A stretch of 64,000 nucleotides of DNA from Candidatus Nanopelagicales bacterium. Lineage in GTDB: Bacteria; Actinomycetota; Actinomycetes; S36-B12. A program made the position numbers and the translations under genes. Location: positions 71,576 to 135,575 of the forward strand of contig JBIHZX010000001.1 in NCBI GenBank assembly GCA_044240195.1, read 5' to 3'. A model generated the notes under the pieces. It was not told the DNA's origin. It saw nothing but the letters and a program-made list of their open reading frames with translations, and searched no databases. Of the stretch, positions 9,168 to 18,092 are shown piece by piece. Position 1 is the stretch's first letter. Each line of letters begins with the position of its first letter.

Positions 9168-9658
9168 TAGCCTTCCACGCCAACTAAAAAGATGAAGCGG
9201 AACTTCCCAATCTGAACTTCATCTCCTCCGCGCAATTGTTGATCATCAACTCTCACTCGATTGACATATGTCCCATTGAGGCTGCCGACATCTTGAACAC
9301 TCCAGCCTTGAGCGCCATGTCGGAACTCTGCATGGCGTCGACTGACGGTGACATCGTCGAGAAAAACGTCGCATTCTTCGGCACGACCGACAATGATTAC
9401 CTCACTGCGGGGCTGCAAGCTATATTCCGTGCCCTCACCAGGCCCCCGATGCACGACCAACATAGCCGCTCCGCTGGGTAGATCCCGGTGAACTCCTGTG
9501 CCAACCGATACAGGTCCGGTTCCGGTGTTAATTATTGAGGTGATCGCGCCTGTTTGTTCAATTCCCAACTCCCCGATGCCAAATTCGACCGGAGCGCCAC
9601 ACGACGAGCAGAAACGATCACTCGGTACAACGTTCTCGTCACATACGGCACACTTCAT
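9167..9658 (-). CDS. FHA-domain protein in the GarA/OdhI position, with an N-terminal zinc-ribbon
   Basis: 163 aa. CAVC...CSSCG ribbon, then the FHA core GRAEECDVFLDDVTVSRRHAEF...SLNGTYVN...GDEVQIGKFRF. Confidence 0.85.
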   Translation of the reverse strand: MKCAVCDENVVPSDRFCSSCGAPVEFGIGELGIEQTGAITSIINTGTGPVSVGTGVHRDLPSGAAMLVVHRGPGEGTEYSLQPRSEVIIVGRAEECDVFLDDVTVSRRHAEFRHGAQGWSVQDVGSLNGTYVNRVRVDDQQLRGGDEVQIGKFRFIFLVGVEG

Positions 9659-9667
9659 GGGTAATTC

Positions 9668-10051
9668 CTAGGCCTTGTTAATCAATGCATTGTAATCGGC
9701 GGAACTAAGAAGCCCGTCAATTTGTTGAGGAATGTCTGGCTCAATTTCTACCATCCATCCATGGAAATACGGCGACGAATTAATCAGCTCAGGGTTGGCT
9801 TCAAGTTCAGGATTGACTGCTATAACTGTGCCGTCAATGGGGGCGAATAGGTCGCTGACACTTTTGGTTGATTCCACTTCGCCACAAGTGGTACCTGCTT
9901 TTAGCTCCTCGCCCACTGAGGGTAGTGAGACGTAAACGATATCTCCGAGTGCGTCCTGGGCGTAAAATGTAATGCCGAAAACCGCATTGCCATCGTCATT
10001 GAGTCGTACCCATTCGTGATCCGATGTGTAGGACAATTCTTCAGGGGTCAT
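9668..10051 (-). CDS. gcvH: Glycine cleavage system H protein
   Basis: 127 aa. Lipoyl-lysine motif GEVESTKSVSDLFAPIDG. Confidence 0.95.
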   Translation of the reverse strand: MTPEELSYTSDHEWVRLNDDGNAVFGITFYAQDALGDIVYVSLPSVGEELKAGTTCGEVESTKSVSDLFAPIDGTVIAVNPELEANPELINSSPYFHGWMVEIEPDIPQQIDGLLSSADYNALINKA

Positions 10052-10060
10052 GACAAAAGC

Positions 10061-10633
10061 CTATCCTTTGCGACTGTGATCCTCTAACAATGTACGGGTC
10101 TGAACAAAATACCTCACGCCGGCCCACCAGTACAGATAAGTCCCCCATAATGCAAATGCCCATCCGGCGGCGGCCATAACGGTGGCGAGGGTTCCATCGA
10201 GTCCTCCGAGGAGGATCAGGGGAAATCCCCAGAGCAATGCAAAGGTGGCTGCCTTGCCAATGTAAGTAACAGGCAACGCCGAGATCCCCAATTTGCGCAG
10301 TGACGGGATCAACGCCAGAAGTGCAACGTCCCGAAGCGCTATCAGGATTACGAGCCACCATGGGATCAGATTTGCCAGGGCCAATCCGAGCACTGTTGCC
10401 GCGATGTACAGGCGGTCAACCATAGGGTCAAGTAGGACGCCTAGTCGACTAATTTGATTGAACTTTCGCGCCAAAAAGCCATCCACCCAATCTGTAGCCC
10501 CGGCAATGATCAGGACACACAACGACCAGAAGTAGTCCTCCCGCGCGAGTAGCAGAAATAGGAATAGCGGGATTCCAAGAAGGCGAAGAAGCGTGACCGC
10601 ATTCGCGATAGTCCACGGTCGCCAGGGATTCAT
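10061..10633 (-). CDS. pgsA: CDP-alcohol phosphatidyltransferase (PgsA-type)
   Basis: CDP-OH_P_transf motif DWVDGFLARK...LDPMVDRL. ATG 10633 forms an ATGA overlap with the upstream gene's stop. The ORF-track extension to 10732 is Cys-rich and implausible. Confidence 0.85.
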   Translation of the reverse strand: MNPWRPWTIANAVTLLRLLGIPLFLFLLLAREDYFWSLCVLIIAGATDWVDGFLARKFNQISRLGVLLDPMVDRLYIAATVLGLALANLIPWWLVILIALRDVALLALIPSLRKLGISALPVTYIGKAATFALLWGFPLILLGGLDGTLATVMAAAGWAFALWGTYLYWWAGVRYFVQTRTLLEDHSRKG

Positions 10634-11301
10634 ACGCGAGCTCCTTTCCTTGTATGAACAATGAACACGACAGTAAGCACAATGAAAAGCCAGACAAGAG
10701 CTGCTGCAACAATAAGTAATCCAACAGCCCAAACGTTCGCCTGAGAATGACTAATCTCAGCACTCAATTGAATCTGTTGAAACGGCAGACTCGGGTCAGA
10801 GGTAGCAATCATTAGTGATGATTCGGTGGACTGAGCCACATCAAAAGAGATAGATGTCCCTGTCCCGCTGGCCGTGAATCCCTCAATCTCACCAAGTGTC
10901 AACCATGGTTCCCCCAGTGCACTATGCATCACTGACCAGGAATTTGATTCAAACGTCGCGATGCAAGTGTCATACCCCAATATGGCTGCATCGACAGATT
11001 CACGAGGCATCAGTCCAGCATTGAACTCGACTTCCGGCGATAGGGAGATCTTGATTTCCTCTCGAATACTGGGCAGTAGCGTGAGGTTATTGGGGTCGCT
11101 GATGTTAATTCGCTCCACGTCAATGAGCACAGCTGAACATGATTGCAATTCCGAAGATTTGATTGTCGGTCCGGATGCGACAAGTGCTCGATCAGAGCCA
11201 AAGATTGCATAAACGAAAACTGCAATCACGCCTGCCAGCAGCGCTGAGATCAGTACCAAGGAGAGTGCAAGAATTGCGATTATCCTTCGAAAGCGCCGCA
11301 C
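10630..11301 (-). CDS. Bitopic/two-TM membrane protein of unknown function
   Basis: 223 aa with GTG start and SD AAAGGGG. N-terminal and C-terminal TM helices flank a roughly 150-aa extracytoplasmic domain. Translationally coupled to pgsA. Confidence 0.6.
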   Translation of the reverse strand: MRRFRRIIAILALSLVLISALLAGVIAVFVYAIFGSDRALVASGPTIKSSELQSCSAVLIDVERINISDPNNLTLLPSIREEIKISLSPEVEFNAGLMPRESVDAAILGYDTCIATFESNSWSVMHSALGEPWLTLGEIEGFTASGTGTSISFDVAQSTESSLMIATSDPSLPFQQIQLSAEISHSQANVWAVGLLIVAAALVWLFIVLTVVFIVHTRKGARV

Positions 11302-11383
11302 CGCTACCCCTTTCTGACATCTCCAAGTCCAACGCGATCTAGCCTATTGAGAGACCATAGCTGTGAATCGAAGGACAGAGTCT

Positions 11384-11389
11384 TAGGCT
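11384..11389 (+). promoter_or_regulatory. -10 element (TAGGCT) of a leaderless serB promoter
   Basis: TAGGCT, then 6 nt (tggcca), then GTG 11396. Confidence 0.45.
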
Positions 11390-11395
11390 TGGCCA

Positions 11396-12607
11396 GTGAT
11401 TGATCGGACATTGCTGATAACCGTCAGTGGAATTGACGCACCGGGGCTAACCAGTGCAATCTTTGAAGCGCTTGCTCCTTCGCCCATGGTTGTCATTGAT
11501 ATGGAGCAACTCGTTGTCCGAGGTCACCTGACGTTGGCGATCGCGGTTGAAATTGACCCCACCGTCTCTGACGCCAAGGCACCAGAAGTTCTCGAGTCAG
11601 TTCGCAAAGACGTTCGACTGGCAGCAAGTGATCGAAATATGGAGGTCACGACCCGCCCTGTTGCAACATTAGGAGTCGATCACTCCCCCGACAAATTTCA
11701 GGTGATCGTCATGGGAGCCCCGCTTCACCCAGAATGCATCAGCATCGTCACCTCAACAATTGCCGATCATGGTGGAAACCTTGATCGTATCCACCGCATT
11801 GCTGATTACCCGGTTACGGCAATTCGTTTCGAGGGTTCTGGAGTGGCTCCTAGTGGATTAAGGCGCCCCCTAGCGGAGGTTTCAGCAAGGTGCCAAGTTG
11901 ATATTTCAGTTCAAGATGTCGCCTTGGAAGCGCGGGGCCAGTACCTCGTCGTTCTTGATGTCGATTCAACCCTTATTCAAGAGGAAGTTGTCGATTTGCT
12001 CGCTGAGTTAGCCGGTGTCGGCCCACAAGTGAGTGAAATAACCCGAGCAGCCATGAATGGGGAGCTTGATTTCGCTCAGTCACTAATGGCCAGGGTGACA
12101 CTCCTCGCGGGCTCTCCAGCAAGCCTGTTGGACCAGGTCCGAGAGATGGTGACCCTCACCCCGGGTGCTCGAACTTTATGTCGCACTTTGAATCGATTGG
12201 GTTATCGCATTGTCTTAGTTTCCGGTGGTTTCACTAATGTGATAGAACCGATCGCCAAAGATCTAGGTGTTAGCGGATTTCGAGCTAACACCTTGGAGGT
12301 CATTGATGGGAAATTGACGGGGAGTCTTGTTGGGCCAATTATTGACCGTGAAGGTAAGCGCCAGGCGCTTATCGATTTTGCAACAGAGTTTGATATTCCG
12401 AACCGACGAACAATTGCGATCGGAGATGGCGCAAACGACATTGACATGATTTCTGAAGCTGGTCTCGGAGTTGCCTTCAACGCGAAGCTTGCACTTCGCG
12501 AGAGTGCAGATACCACCGTAAACGTCCCTTATCTGGACTCCGTTCTGTATCTCCTTGGCATTACACGCGACGAGATCGTTCGATCCGATAGGGAAAAATC
12601 AGTTTAA
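11396..12607 (+). CDS. serB: Phosphoserine phosphatase SerB with N-terminal ACT domains (SerB2 type)
   Basis: 403 aa. HAD motifs DVDSTLIQEE, SGGF and GDGANDIDM, preceded by two ACT-like repeats. Confidence 0.9.
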   Translation: MIDRTLLITVSGIDAPGLTSAIFEALAPSPMVVIDMEQLVVRGHLTLAIAVEIDPTVSDAKAPEVLESVRKDVRLAASDRNMEVTTRPVATLGVDHSPDKFQVIVMGAPLHPECISIVTSTIADHGGNLDRIHRIADYPVTAIRFEGSGVAPSGLRRPLAEVSARCQVDISVQDVALEARGQYLVVLDVDSTLIQEEVVDLLAELAGVGPQVSEITRAAMNGELDFAQSLMARVTLLAGSPASLLDQVREMVTLTPGARTLCRTLNRLGYRIVLVSGGFTNVIEPIAKDLGVSGFRANTLEVIDGKLTGSLVGPIIDREGKRQALIDFATEFDIPNRRTIAIGDGANDIDMISEAGLGVAFNAKLALRESADTTVNVPYLDSVLYLLGITRDEIVRSDREKSV

Positions 12608-13368
12608 GATCCCTGTGAATGCATTCCACCGTCAACGTGGATCATCTCACCACTTGTTGCTGGCAGCCAATCTGAAAAAAGTACAACACAGGCTTGGGCT
12701 GCAGCCGTTGGATCATTTACATCCCAACCTAATGGTGCACGTTCTTGCCAAATGTTTTCAAATTCCTCAAAACCTGGAATGCTCTTGGCGGCCATTGTTC
12801 GAATTGGTCCCGCGGCAACAAGATTTACCCGAATACCTAAGGGACCTAAATCCCTTGCCAAATACCGTGATGTGCTTTCAAGTGCAGCTTTAGCAACACC
12901 CATCCAGTCATAGGTCGGCCAAGCGACCGTTGCATCAAAGTCAAGGCCAACAATCGAACTGCCGCGGCCCAACAACGGCTGACAGGCAACTGATAATGAT
13001 TTGAATGAGAATGTTGAAATCTGCACTGCTGTGGCAACGTCTTCCCATGGGGTGTGTAGAAAATTTCCGCCAAGTGCACTCTCAGGAGCGAAGCCAATTG
13101 AATGCAGAACTCCATCAAGGTTGGGAACATACTGACGCACGCGATCAGCCAAGGAATCAAGATCCTCTTGGGAGGTCACATCAAGCTCGACAATCGCAAC
13201 TTCCTTGGGCAAACGTGCGGCGCTGCGTTTAGTCAAGGACATTGTTCGACCGAAAGACGTCAACACCACAGTCGCACCTTGTTCTTGCGCGAGTCGTGCG
13301 ACGTGAAATGCAATTGACTGATCCGTAAGTACACCTGTAATCAAAATATTCTTGTTTTTTAGCAACAT
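12604..13368 (-). CDS. fabI: Enoyl-ACP reductase (NADH), FabI/InhA type
   Basis: 254 aa. The LLKNKNILITG N-terminal region is as in InhA. Located downstream of fabG as in mycobacterial mabA-inhA. Confidence 0.9.
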   Translation of the reverse strand: MLLKNKNILITGVLTDQSIAFHVARLAQEQGATVVLTSFGRTMSLTKRSAARLPKEVAIVELDVTSQEDLDSLADRVRQYVPNLDGVLHSIGFAPESALGGNFLHTPWEDVATAVQISTFSFKSLSVACQPLLGRGSSIVGLDFDATVAWPTYDWMGVAKAALESTSRYLARDLGPLGIRVNLVAAGPIRTMAAKSIPGFEEFENIWQERAPLGWDVNDPTAAAQACVVLFSDWLPATSGEMIHVDGGMHSQGS

Positions 13369-13376
13369 AACTCTCC

Positions 13377-14096
13377 TCAGTGTCCCATTCCAAGCCCACC
13401 GTCAACGGGAATAACTGCCCCAGAAATGTAGGAGCCTTCCTGTGAGACGAGAAACTTAATGACGTGTGCAACTTCGCTCGGTTCACCGTAGCGACCGGCT
13501 GGAATTGTGTCCAAGATTGCCTTCTTTGTGCTCTCATCAAGGGCTGCAGTCATATCAGTATCGATAAAACCGGGTGCTACGACATTTATCGTGATTCCAC
13601 GACTGGCAACCTCACGGGTCAGAGAGCGTGCCGCGCCAACCAGGCCCGCTTTTGATGCAGCGTAATTCACCTGCCCCGCGCTTCCTAACAGACCAACGAC
13701 TGAGGAAACAAAAATAATCCGACCATTTTTTGCCTTGATCATGGGTCGTAGTACCCGACGAGCCAGTCGAATAGATCCAATTAAATTGGTATTGATCGTC
13801 TCTTCGATATCTGCATCACTCATCCGCATCAGCAACGAGTCGCGAGTAATACCCGCATTAGCGATTAGTGCTTCGATTGGACCGAATCGTTCCTCGATTT
13901 CGGTTATCGCCTTTTCAATCGATTCAGCATCGCTTACATCAATAAGAACGCTAGATATCCCAGGATGTGAACTGGCTGTACCCGCTCGCGAGCCAATCAC
14001 GACTTGATACCCGCCTTCGGCCAACACGTGTGCTGTTGCCGCGCCTATCCCGCGGCTGCCTCCCGTGATGAAAACGACACCCAACTTCTGGCCCAC
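13377..14096 (-). CDS. fabG: 3-oxoacyl-ACP reductase FabG (MabA-like SDR)
   Basis: 239 aa. TGGSRGIG cofactor motif and YxxxK catalytic motif (YAASKAG). Confidence 0.9.
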   Translation of the reverse strand: MGQKLGVVFITGGSRGIGAATAHVLAEGGYQVVIGSRAGTASSHPGISSVLIDVSDAESIEKAITEIEERFGPIEALIANAGITRDSLLMRMSDADIEETINTNLIGSIRLARRVLRPMIKAKNGRIIFVSSVVGLLGSAGQVNYAASKAGLVGAARSLTREVASRGITINVVAPGFIDTDMTAALDESTKKAILDTIPAGRYGEPSEVAHVIKFLVSQEGSYISGAVIPVDGGLGMGH

Positions 14097-14309
14097 CTAT
14101 TGATCCTCGAGGCGATAACCAACTCGCACGGTAACCTGAAAATGATCAACGCCATTTTCTCGCACATATCCACGGATTTGATCCACCTCGAACCAATCCA
14201 CATGCCGGTGAAGTTCACCAGCTCGCTGTACCGCATTACGAATCGCGGTATCCAGGGATTCAGGGGAAGTACCAACTAGCGTGGCGATCCCGTAACTTCG
14301 GTCCGTCAT
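14097..14309 (-). CDS. Dodecin family flavin-binding protein
   Basis: 70 aa. Typical dodecin sequence (ATLVGTSPESLDTAIRNAV...FEVDQIRGYV). SD GAAGGAG. Its stop abuts the fabG start with zero gap. Confidence 0.85.
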   Translation of the reverse strand: MTDRSYGIATLVGTSPESLDTAIRNAVQRAGELHRHVDWFEVDQIRGYVRENGVDHFQVTVRVGYRLEDQ

Positions 14310-14350
14310 AGAACTCCTTCAGTCAGATCGCGCCTATTGGGCAATGGGCT

Positions 14351-14356
14351 TAGGCT
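14351..14356 (+). promoter_or_regulatory. -10 element (TAGGCT) of a leaderless promoter for the DUF3099 gene
   Basis: TAGGCT, then 6 nt (atcgtc), then ATG 14363. Confidence 0.45.
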
Positions 14357-14362
14357 ATCGTC

Positions 14363-14677
14363 ATGGCACCTGAGGTCTACACCATCACGGCGACTAATCG
14401 CGCCCTGAGTAATGAACAGTCAGGTCGCACCAAGAGGTATCTCATCTCGATGGGGATCCGGACGGCCTGCGTACTTGCAGCAATTGTGGTTCCTGGTTGG
14501 CCGAAGTGGATATTTATTGCTGGAGCCGTTGTCCTTCCCTACTTGGCGGTCGTGGTCGCAAATGCGGGTCGCCAGAACGATGAACCGGGCGCAATGGGCG
14601 TTTCGGCCGTTGCGTTGCCAAGTGCGGCGTCCGCTCAGGAATACGAGCGGCGAGTTTCTCGATCAATCGAAAGATAA
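14363..14677 (+). CDS. DUF3099 domain membrane protein
   Basis: 104 aa with two TM helices. RYLISMGIRTACVLAAIVV...VVLPYLAVVVANAGR is typical of DUF3099. Confidence 0.75.
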   Translation: MAPEVYTITATNRALSNEQSGRTKRYLISMGIRTACVLAAIVVPGWPKWIFIAGAVVLPYLAVVVANAGRQNDEPGAMGVSAVALPSAASAQEYERRVSRSIER

Positions 14678-14727
14678 TCACCACTTAACTCATCGTTCCT
14701 GCCCTATTGACTGTGTCTCACGTGGAT

Positions 14728-14733
14728 TAAGGT
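14728..14733 (+). promoter_or_regulatory. Possible -10 (TAAGGT) for a leaderless SURF1 start, with TTGACT 15 nt upstream
   Basis: TTGACT (14707-14712), 15 nt, TAAGGT, 5 nt, then GTG 14739. The spacings are slightly short. Confidence 0.3.
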
Positions 14734-14738
14734 GAAGT

Positions 14739-15443
14739 GTGCTCGCCCTTCTCAAGACCCGGCGCTGGGTTGGTTTCACGGCCATTGTGCTTGTTTCAAT
14801 TATTGGCTTTGGTCTACTCAGTCGTTGGCAGTGGAGTCGGGCCGATGAACAACGTGCGGAACGCCTAGCAATCTCGGAAGCCCAGGTGTTGCAAGACGTA
14901 GGCTCAGTCGATGACCTAGAAGAATTCACCCGGGTCCGTGTCTCCGGTGTTTTCAACAATCAAGATACGCAATTGATTCGCCAACGACCCCTAGACGGCG
15001 GAAATGGGTATTGGGTAATGACTCCGCTGGATACAAACGGGGGTACCCGGATCTGGATAGTCCGGGGCTGGGTGGGTGCGTCAACAATTGCCACAGAGGT
15101 ACCCGAGGTTCCCCCTGCTCCAGCGGGGACGATCGTGGTCAATGGAGCCGTTCGAATGTTTGAGCCACCACTCGAAAATGTTTACGGCCTTCCCAATGGT
15201 GTTATTGCCAGGATGTCCCTGGATGAATTAGCAACGCCCGGATCCAATAACCCTGTTGATAACCGGGTTGTTCAGTTGATCACGTCGACACCGTCCGCAG
15301 GTGAAATCGTGGTTGTTCCTCTCCCGGATGTCGATGAAGTCCAAAATATTTCGTACGCTGTGCAGTGGATCCTGTTTGCACTTGTTGCGATGATCGGCTG
15401 GTTAATTTTCCTCAAACGCGAGGCGGATACACCTAGCGCGTAA
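14739..15443 (+). CDS. SURF1 family cytochrome oxidase assembly protein
   Basis: 234 aa. N-terminal TM followed by the RWQWSRA motif, and a C-terminal TM. Typical SURF1/Shy1 layout. Confidence 0.85.
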   Translation: MLALLKTRRWVGFTAIVLVSIIGFGLLSRWQWSRADEQRAERLAISEAQVLQDVGSVDDLEEFTRVRVSGVFNNQDTQLIRQRPLDGGNGYWVMTPLDTNGGTRIWIVRGWVGASTIATEVPEVPPAPAGTIVVNGAVRMFEPPLENVYGLPNGVIARMSLDELATPGSNNPVDNRVVQLITSTPSAGEIVVVPLPDVDEVQNISYAVQWILFALVAMIGWLIFLKREADTPSA

Positions 15444-17295
15444 ATTGCGTTTCATAGAGATCCGAGTAGACGCCACCTTCGGCGAGCAATTGCTCATGAG
15501 TGCCGCGTTGGACAATTTGACCATCAACAACTACCAGAATCTGATGTGCTCCGCGAATTGTTGATAGTCGATGCGCAATCACAACTGACGTACGGCCACT
15601 CAAAGCGTTATCGAGAGCTTGGTGAACGGCCCGCTCACTTTCGCTGTCCAAATGAGCGGTGGCTTCGTCGAGAATGACCACTCGAGGGGACTTCAACAAC
15701 AAGCGAGCCAGGGCGATTCTCTGTTTTTCGCCTCCAGAAAGCCGATAACCGCGATCACCAACGACCGTATCCAAGCCTTCGGGCAATGACGAAATCATGC
15801 TCCAGATTTGTGCATCAACACAGGCTTGCTCTATTTGATCATTCGTAGCATCAGGTTTCGCATAAAGCAGGTTTGCACCGATGGTGTCATGGAACATGTG
15901 TGAGTCTTGTGTCACAACGCCAAGCGCATCACGCAGTGATTCAAAGGTAACATCTCGAATGTCATCCCCGCCGATCCGAATAGTCCCATCAACGGGGTCG
16001 TAGAGCCGTGACAGAAGTGCGGTTATCGTGGTTTTTCCAGCGCCCGATGGACCTACTAAGGCTGTGAGAGTTCCTGCCGCAACCTCAAAACTTACGTCAC
16101 GCAATACCGGCCCTTCTCCCCCAGCCGAATCCATTCGAGCGATTGATTCAAGTGACGCCAAACTCACTTCGCTGGCCTTTGGGTAGGTGAAATCAACGTG
16201 ATCAAAGGCGACAGACAGTGGACCACTTGGTAACTTCTTTGCATTGGGTGCCTCCACCACAAGTGGTTTCAAATCAAGGACTTCGAACACGCGGTCAAAT
16301 GACACCAATGCGGTCATTACATCAACGCGTACATTGGAAATGGCTGTCAGCGGACCATAGAGTTGTGCCAGCAAGCCAACAAGTGCCAGTAATGTTCCTA
16401 GCGAGATTGCGCCAGTGATAACCAGATTGCCACCAAGTCCGTACGTTACGGCGGTAGCTAAGGCAGCAACGAGGGTCAACGCTGTGAAAAACCAACGATT
16501 TGCCATTGCGATCTGGATTCCGGAATCACGAACTACCTTCGCGCGGTCGCTAAACACCTGGGATTCCTCAGCGGGACGTCCAAATAGCTTCACCAAAAGT
16601 GCGCCAGCAACGTTGAACCGCTCGGTCATCTGGTTGCTCATCAAGGCATTTACGCTCATCTGTTCGCGCGTCATTGATTGAAGTCGACGGCCCATGAAAC
16701 GTGCGGGTAGTAGGAACAGCGGTACCAGAATGAGTGAGGCGAGGGTTATTTGCCACGACAGGATGAACATGGTTATCAAGACAATAACAAGTGAGATCAT
16801 GTTGCCCAGGACACCACCAAGAGTGGATGTGAAGGCCTGCTGTGCCCCAATCACATCATTATTTAGGCGCGAGATGAGGGCGCCAGTTTGTGCTCGAGTA
16901 AAAAAAGCAATGCTCTGGGACTGCACGTGGTCATAAACTTCATTACGCAGATCAAAAATCAGACCTTCTCCAATTCGAGCCGAATAGTAACGGCTGACGA
17001 TTCCCAATCCCGCATCCGCGATCGCCAGCAAGGCGATAAAGATAGCTGTCCAAGTTACGAGGGATGCGTTACCCGGAGTTATCCCCTGGTCAATTATTCG
17101 GCGGAAAAGTAATGGTTGGGCGACACTGAGCAAGGAAGCGAACACTAAAGTGATGAGGAAAAATGTGATGAGCGCTTTATAAGGTTTTGCGTATCCAAGG
17201 ATCCGCTTAACGGTCTCACGACTGATCTTTTTGTCCTTGACAGATGCATCTCGTGTCATCGACCGGTACATCATCCAAGCGCTTTCCATTGACAC
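15433..17295 (-). CDS. ABC exporter, fused permease/ATPase (MsbA/MdlB-like)
   Basis: 620 aa. Six-TM N-terminal domain, Walker A GPSGAGKTT, signature LSGGEKQR and Walker B VVILDEAT. SD GGAGAA. Confidence 0.9.
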   Translation of the reverse strand: MSMESAWMMYRSMTRDASVKDKKISRETVKRILGYAKPYKALITFFLITLVFASLLSVAQPLLFRRIIDQGITPGNASLVTWTAIFIALLAIADAGLGIVSRYYSARIGEGLIFDLRNEVYDHVQSQSIAFFTRAQTGALISRLNNDVIGAQQAFTSTLGGVLGNMISLVIVLITMFILSWQITLASLILVPLFLLPARFMGRRLQSMTREQMSVNALMSNQMTERFNVAGALLVKLFGRPAEESQVFSDRAKVVRDSGIQIAMANRWFFTALTLVAALATAVTYGLGGNLVITGAISLGTLLALVGLLAQLYGPLTAISNVRVDVMTALVSFDRVFEVLDLKPLVVEAPNAKKLPSGPLSVAFDHVDFTYPKASEVSLASLESIARMDSAGGEGPVLRDVSFEVAAGTLTALVGPSGAGKTTITALLSRLYDPVDGTIRIGGDDIRDVTFESLRDALGVVTQDSHMFHDTIGANLLYAKPDATNDQIEQACVDAQIWSMISSLPEGLDTVVGDRGYRLSGGEKQRIALARLLLKSPRVVILDEATAHLDSESERAVHQALDNALSGRTSVVIAHRLSTIRGAHQILVVVDGQIVQRGTHEQLLAEGGVYSDLYETQFTR

Positions 17296-17332
17296 GACTT
17301 ATTCTCCGAACTAATTGTGAATGATTTATTGT

Positions 17333-18088
17333 TTAATGTTGCGACATAAGATCGTGCAGGTGACGTAGTCGCTTTGTCTGTGAACGCCGTTCGGCGACCC
17401 ATGGTTCTTCACCATAGGCAATCCCAGCCAGCATCGATTTGGCATCAATGAGCACCTCTGGCATAACGGCTCGCAAAGGATCAACGAGTTGACTTAACCC
17501 CGTATCAAGGTCTTCCGAGATGACGCTCACCAAACCGAGTGCGAAGGCCTCCGACGCATCTATTGCACGACCGCTCCCGATGAGTTCAAGGCTCTTTCGG
17601 TACCCGAGAATTTCCATGAAGCGCACCGTGCCACCTAAATCGGGAGTGAGTCCCCATTGCGCTTCTTTGAGTGCAAATTCTGCACTGGGCTGAGCAATTA
17701 TGAGATCACACGCGAGAGCGAGTTGGAATCCAGCTCCAATGGCATGCCCTTGAACGAGTGCAATGCTTATTTGCGGTAAATCACGCAAAACCCGAAAAAA
17801 ACGTTGGTAATACGCGATTGTGTCGTCAATTTTAGTGTCACTTTGGGAAGCCATTTCCATGAATGACGGCTGGCCGGGTATTCCACCAGGTGTGAACATC
17901 GCTCGGTCTAACCCAGCTGAGAATGACTTGCCATTTCCGCGCAGAACAATGAAGCGAGCCTCTGGGGGTACTTGTGTACTGATGTTGTAGAGCTCATCCC
18001 ATGTCTGGGGGGTTTGAGCGTTGCGCTTATCTGGGTCGTTGAGGGTGATTGTGAAAACGTCACCAGAGAGACTCGTTAAAATTTCCAT
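17333..18088 (-). CDS. Enoyl-CoA hydratase/isomerase (crotonase) family protein
   Basis: 251 aa. Crotonase-fold motifs (FSAGLD..., GHAIGAGFQLALACD). Sits next to ABC-F as echA12 (Rv1472) sits next to Rv1473. Confidence 0.85.
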   Translation of the reverse strand: MEILTSLSGDVFTITLNDPDKRNAQTPQTWDELYNISTQVPPEARFIVLRGNGKSFSAGLDRAMFTPGGIPGQPSFMEMASQSDTKIDDTIAYYQRFFRVLRDLPQISIALVQGHAIGAGFQLALACDLIIAQPSAEFALKEAQWGLTPDLGGTVRFMEILGYRKSLELIGSGRAIDASEAFALGLVSVISEDLDTGLSQLVDPLRAVMPEVLIDAKSMLAGIAYGEEPWVAERRSQTKRLRHLHDLMSQH

Positions 18089-18092
18089 GCCG

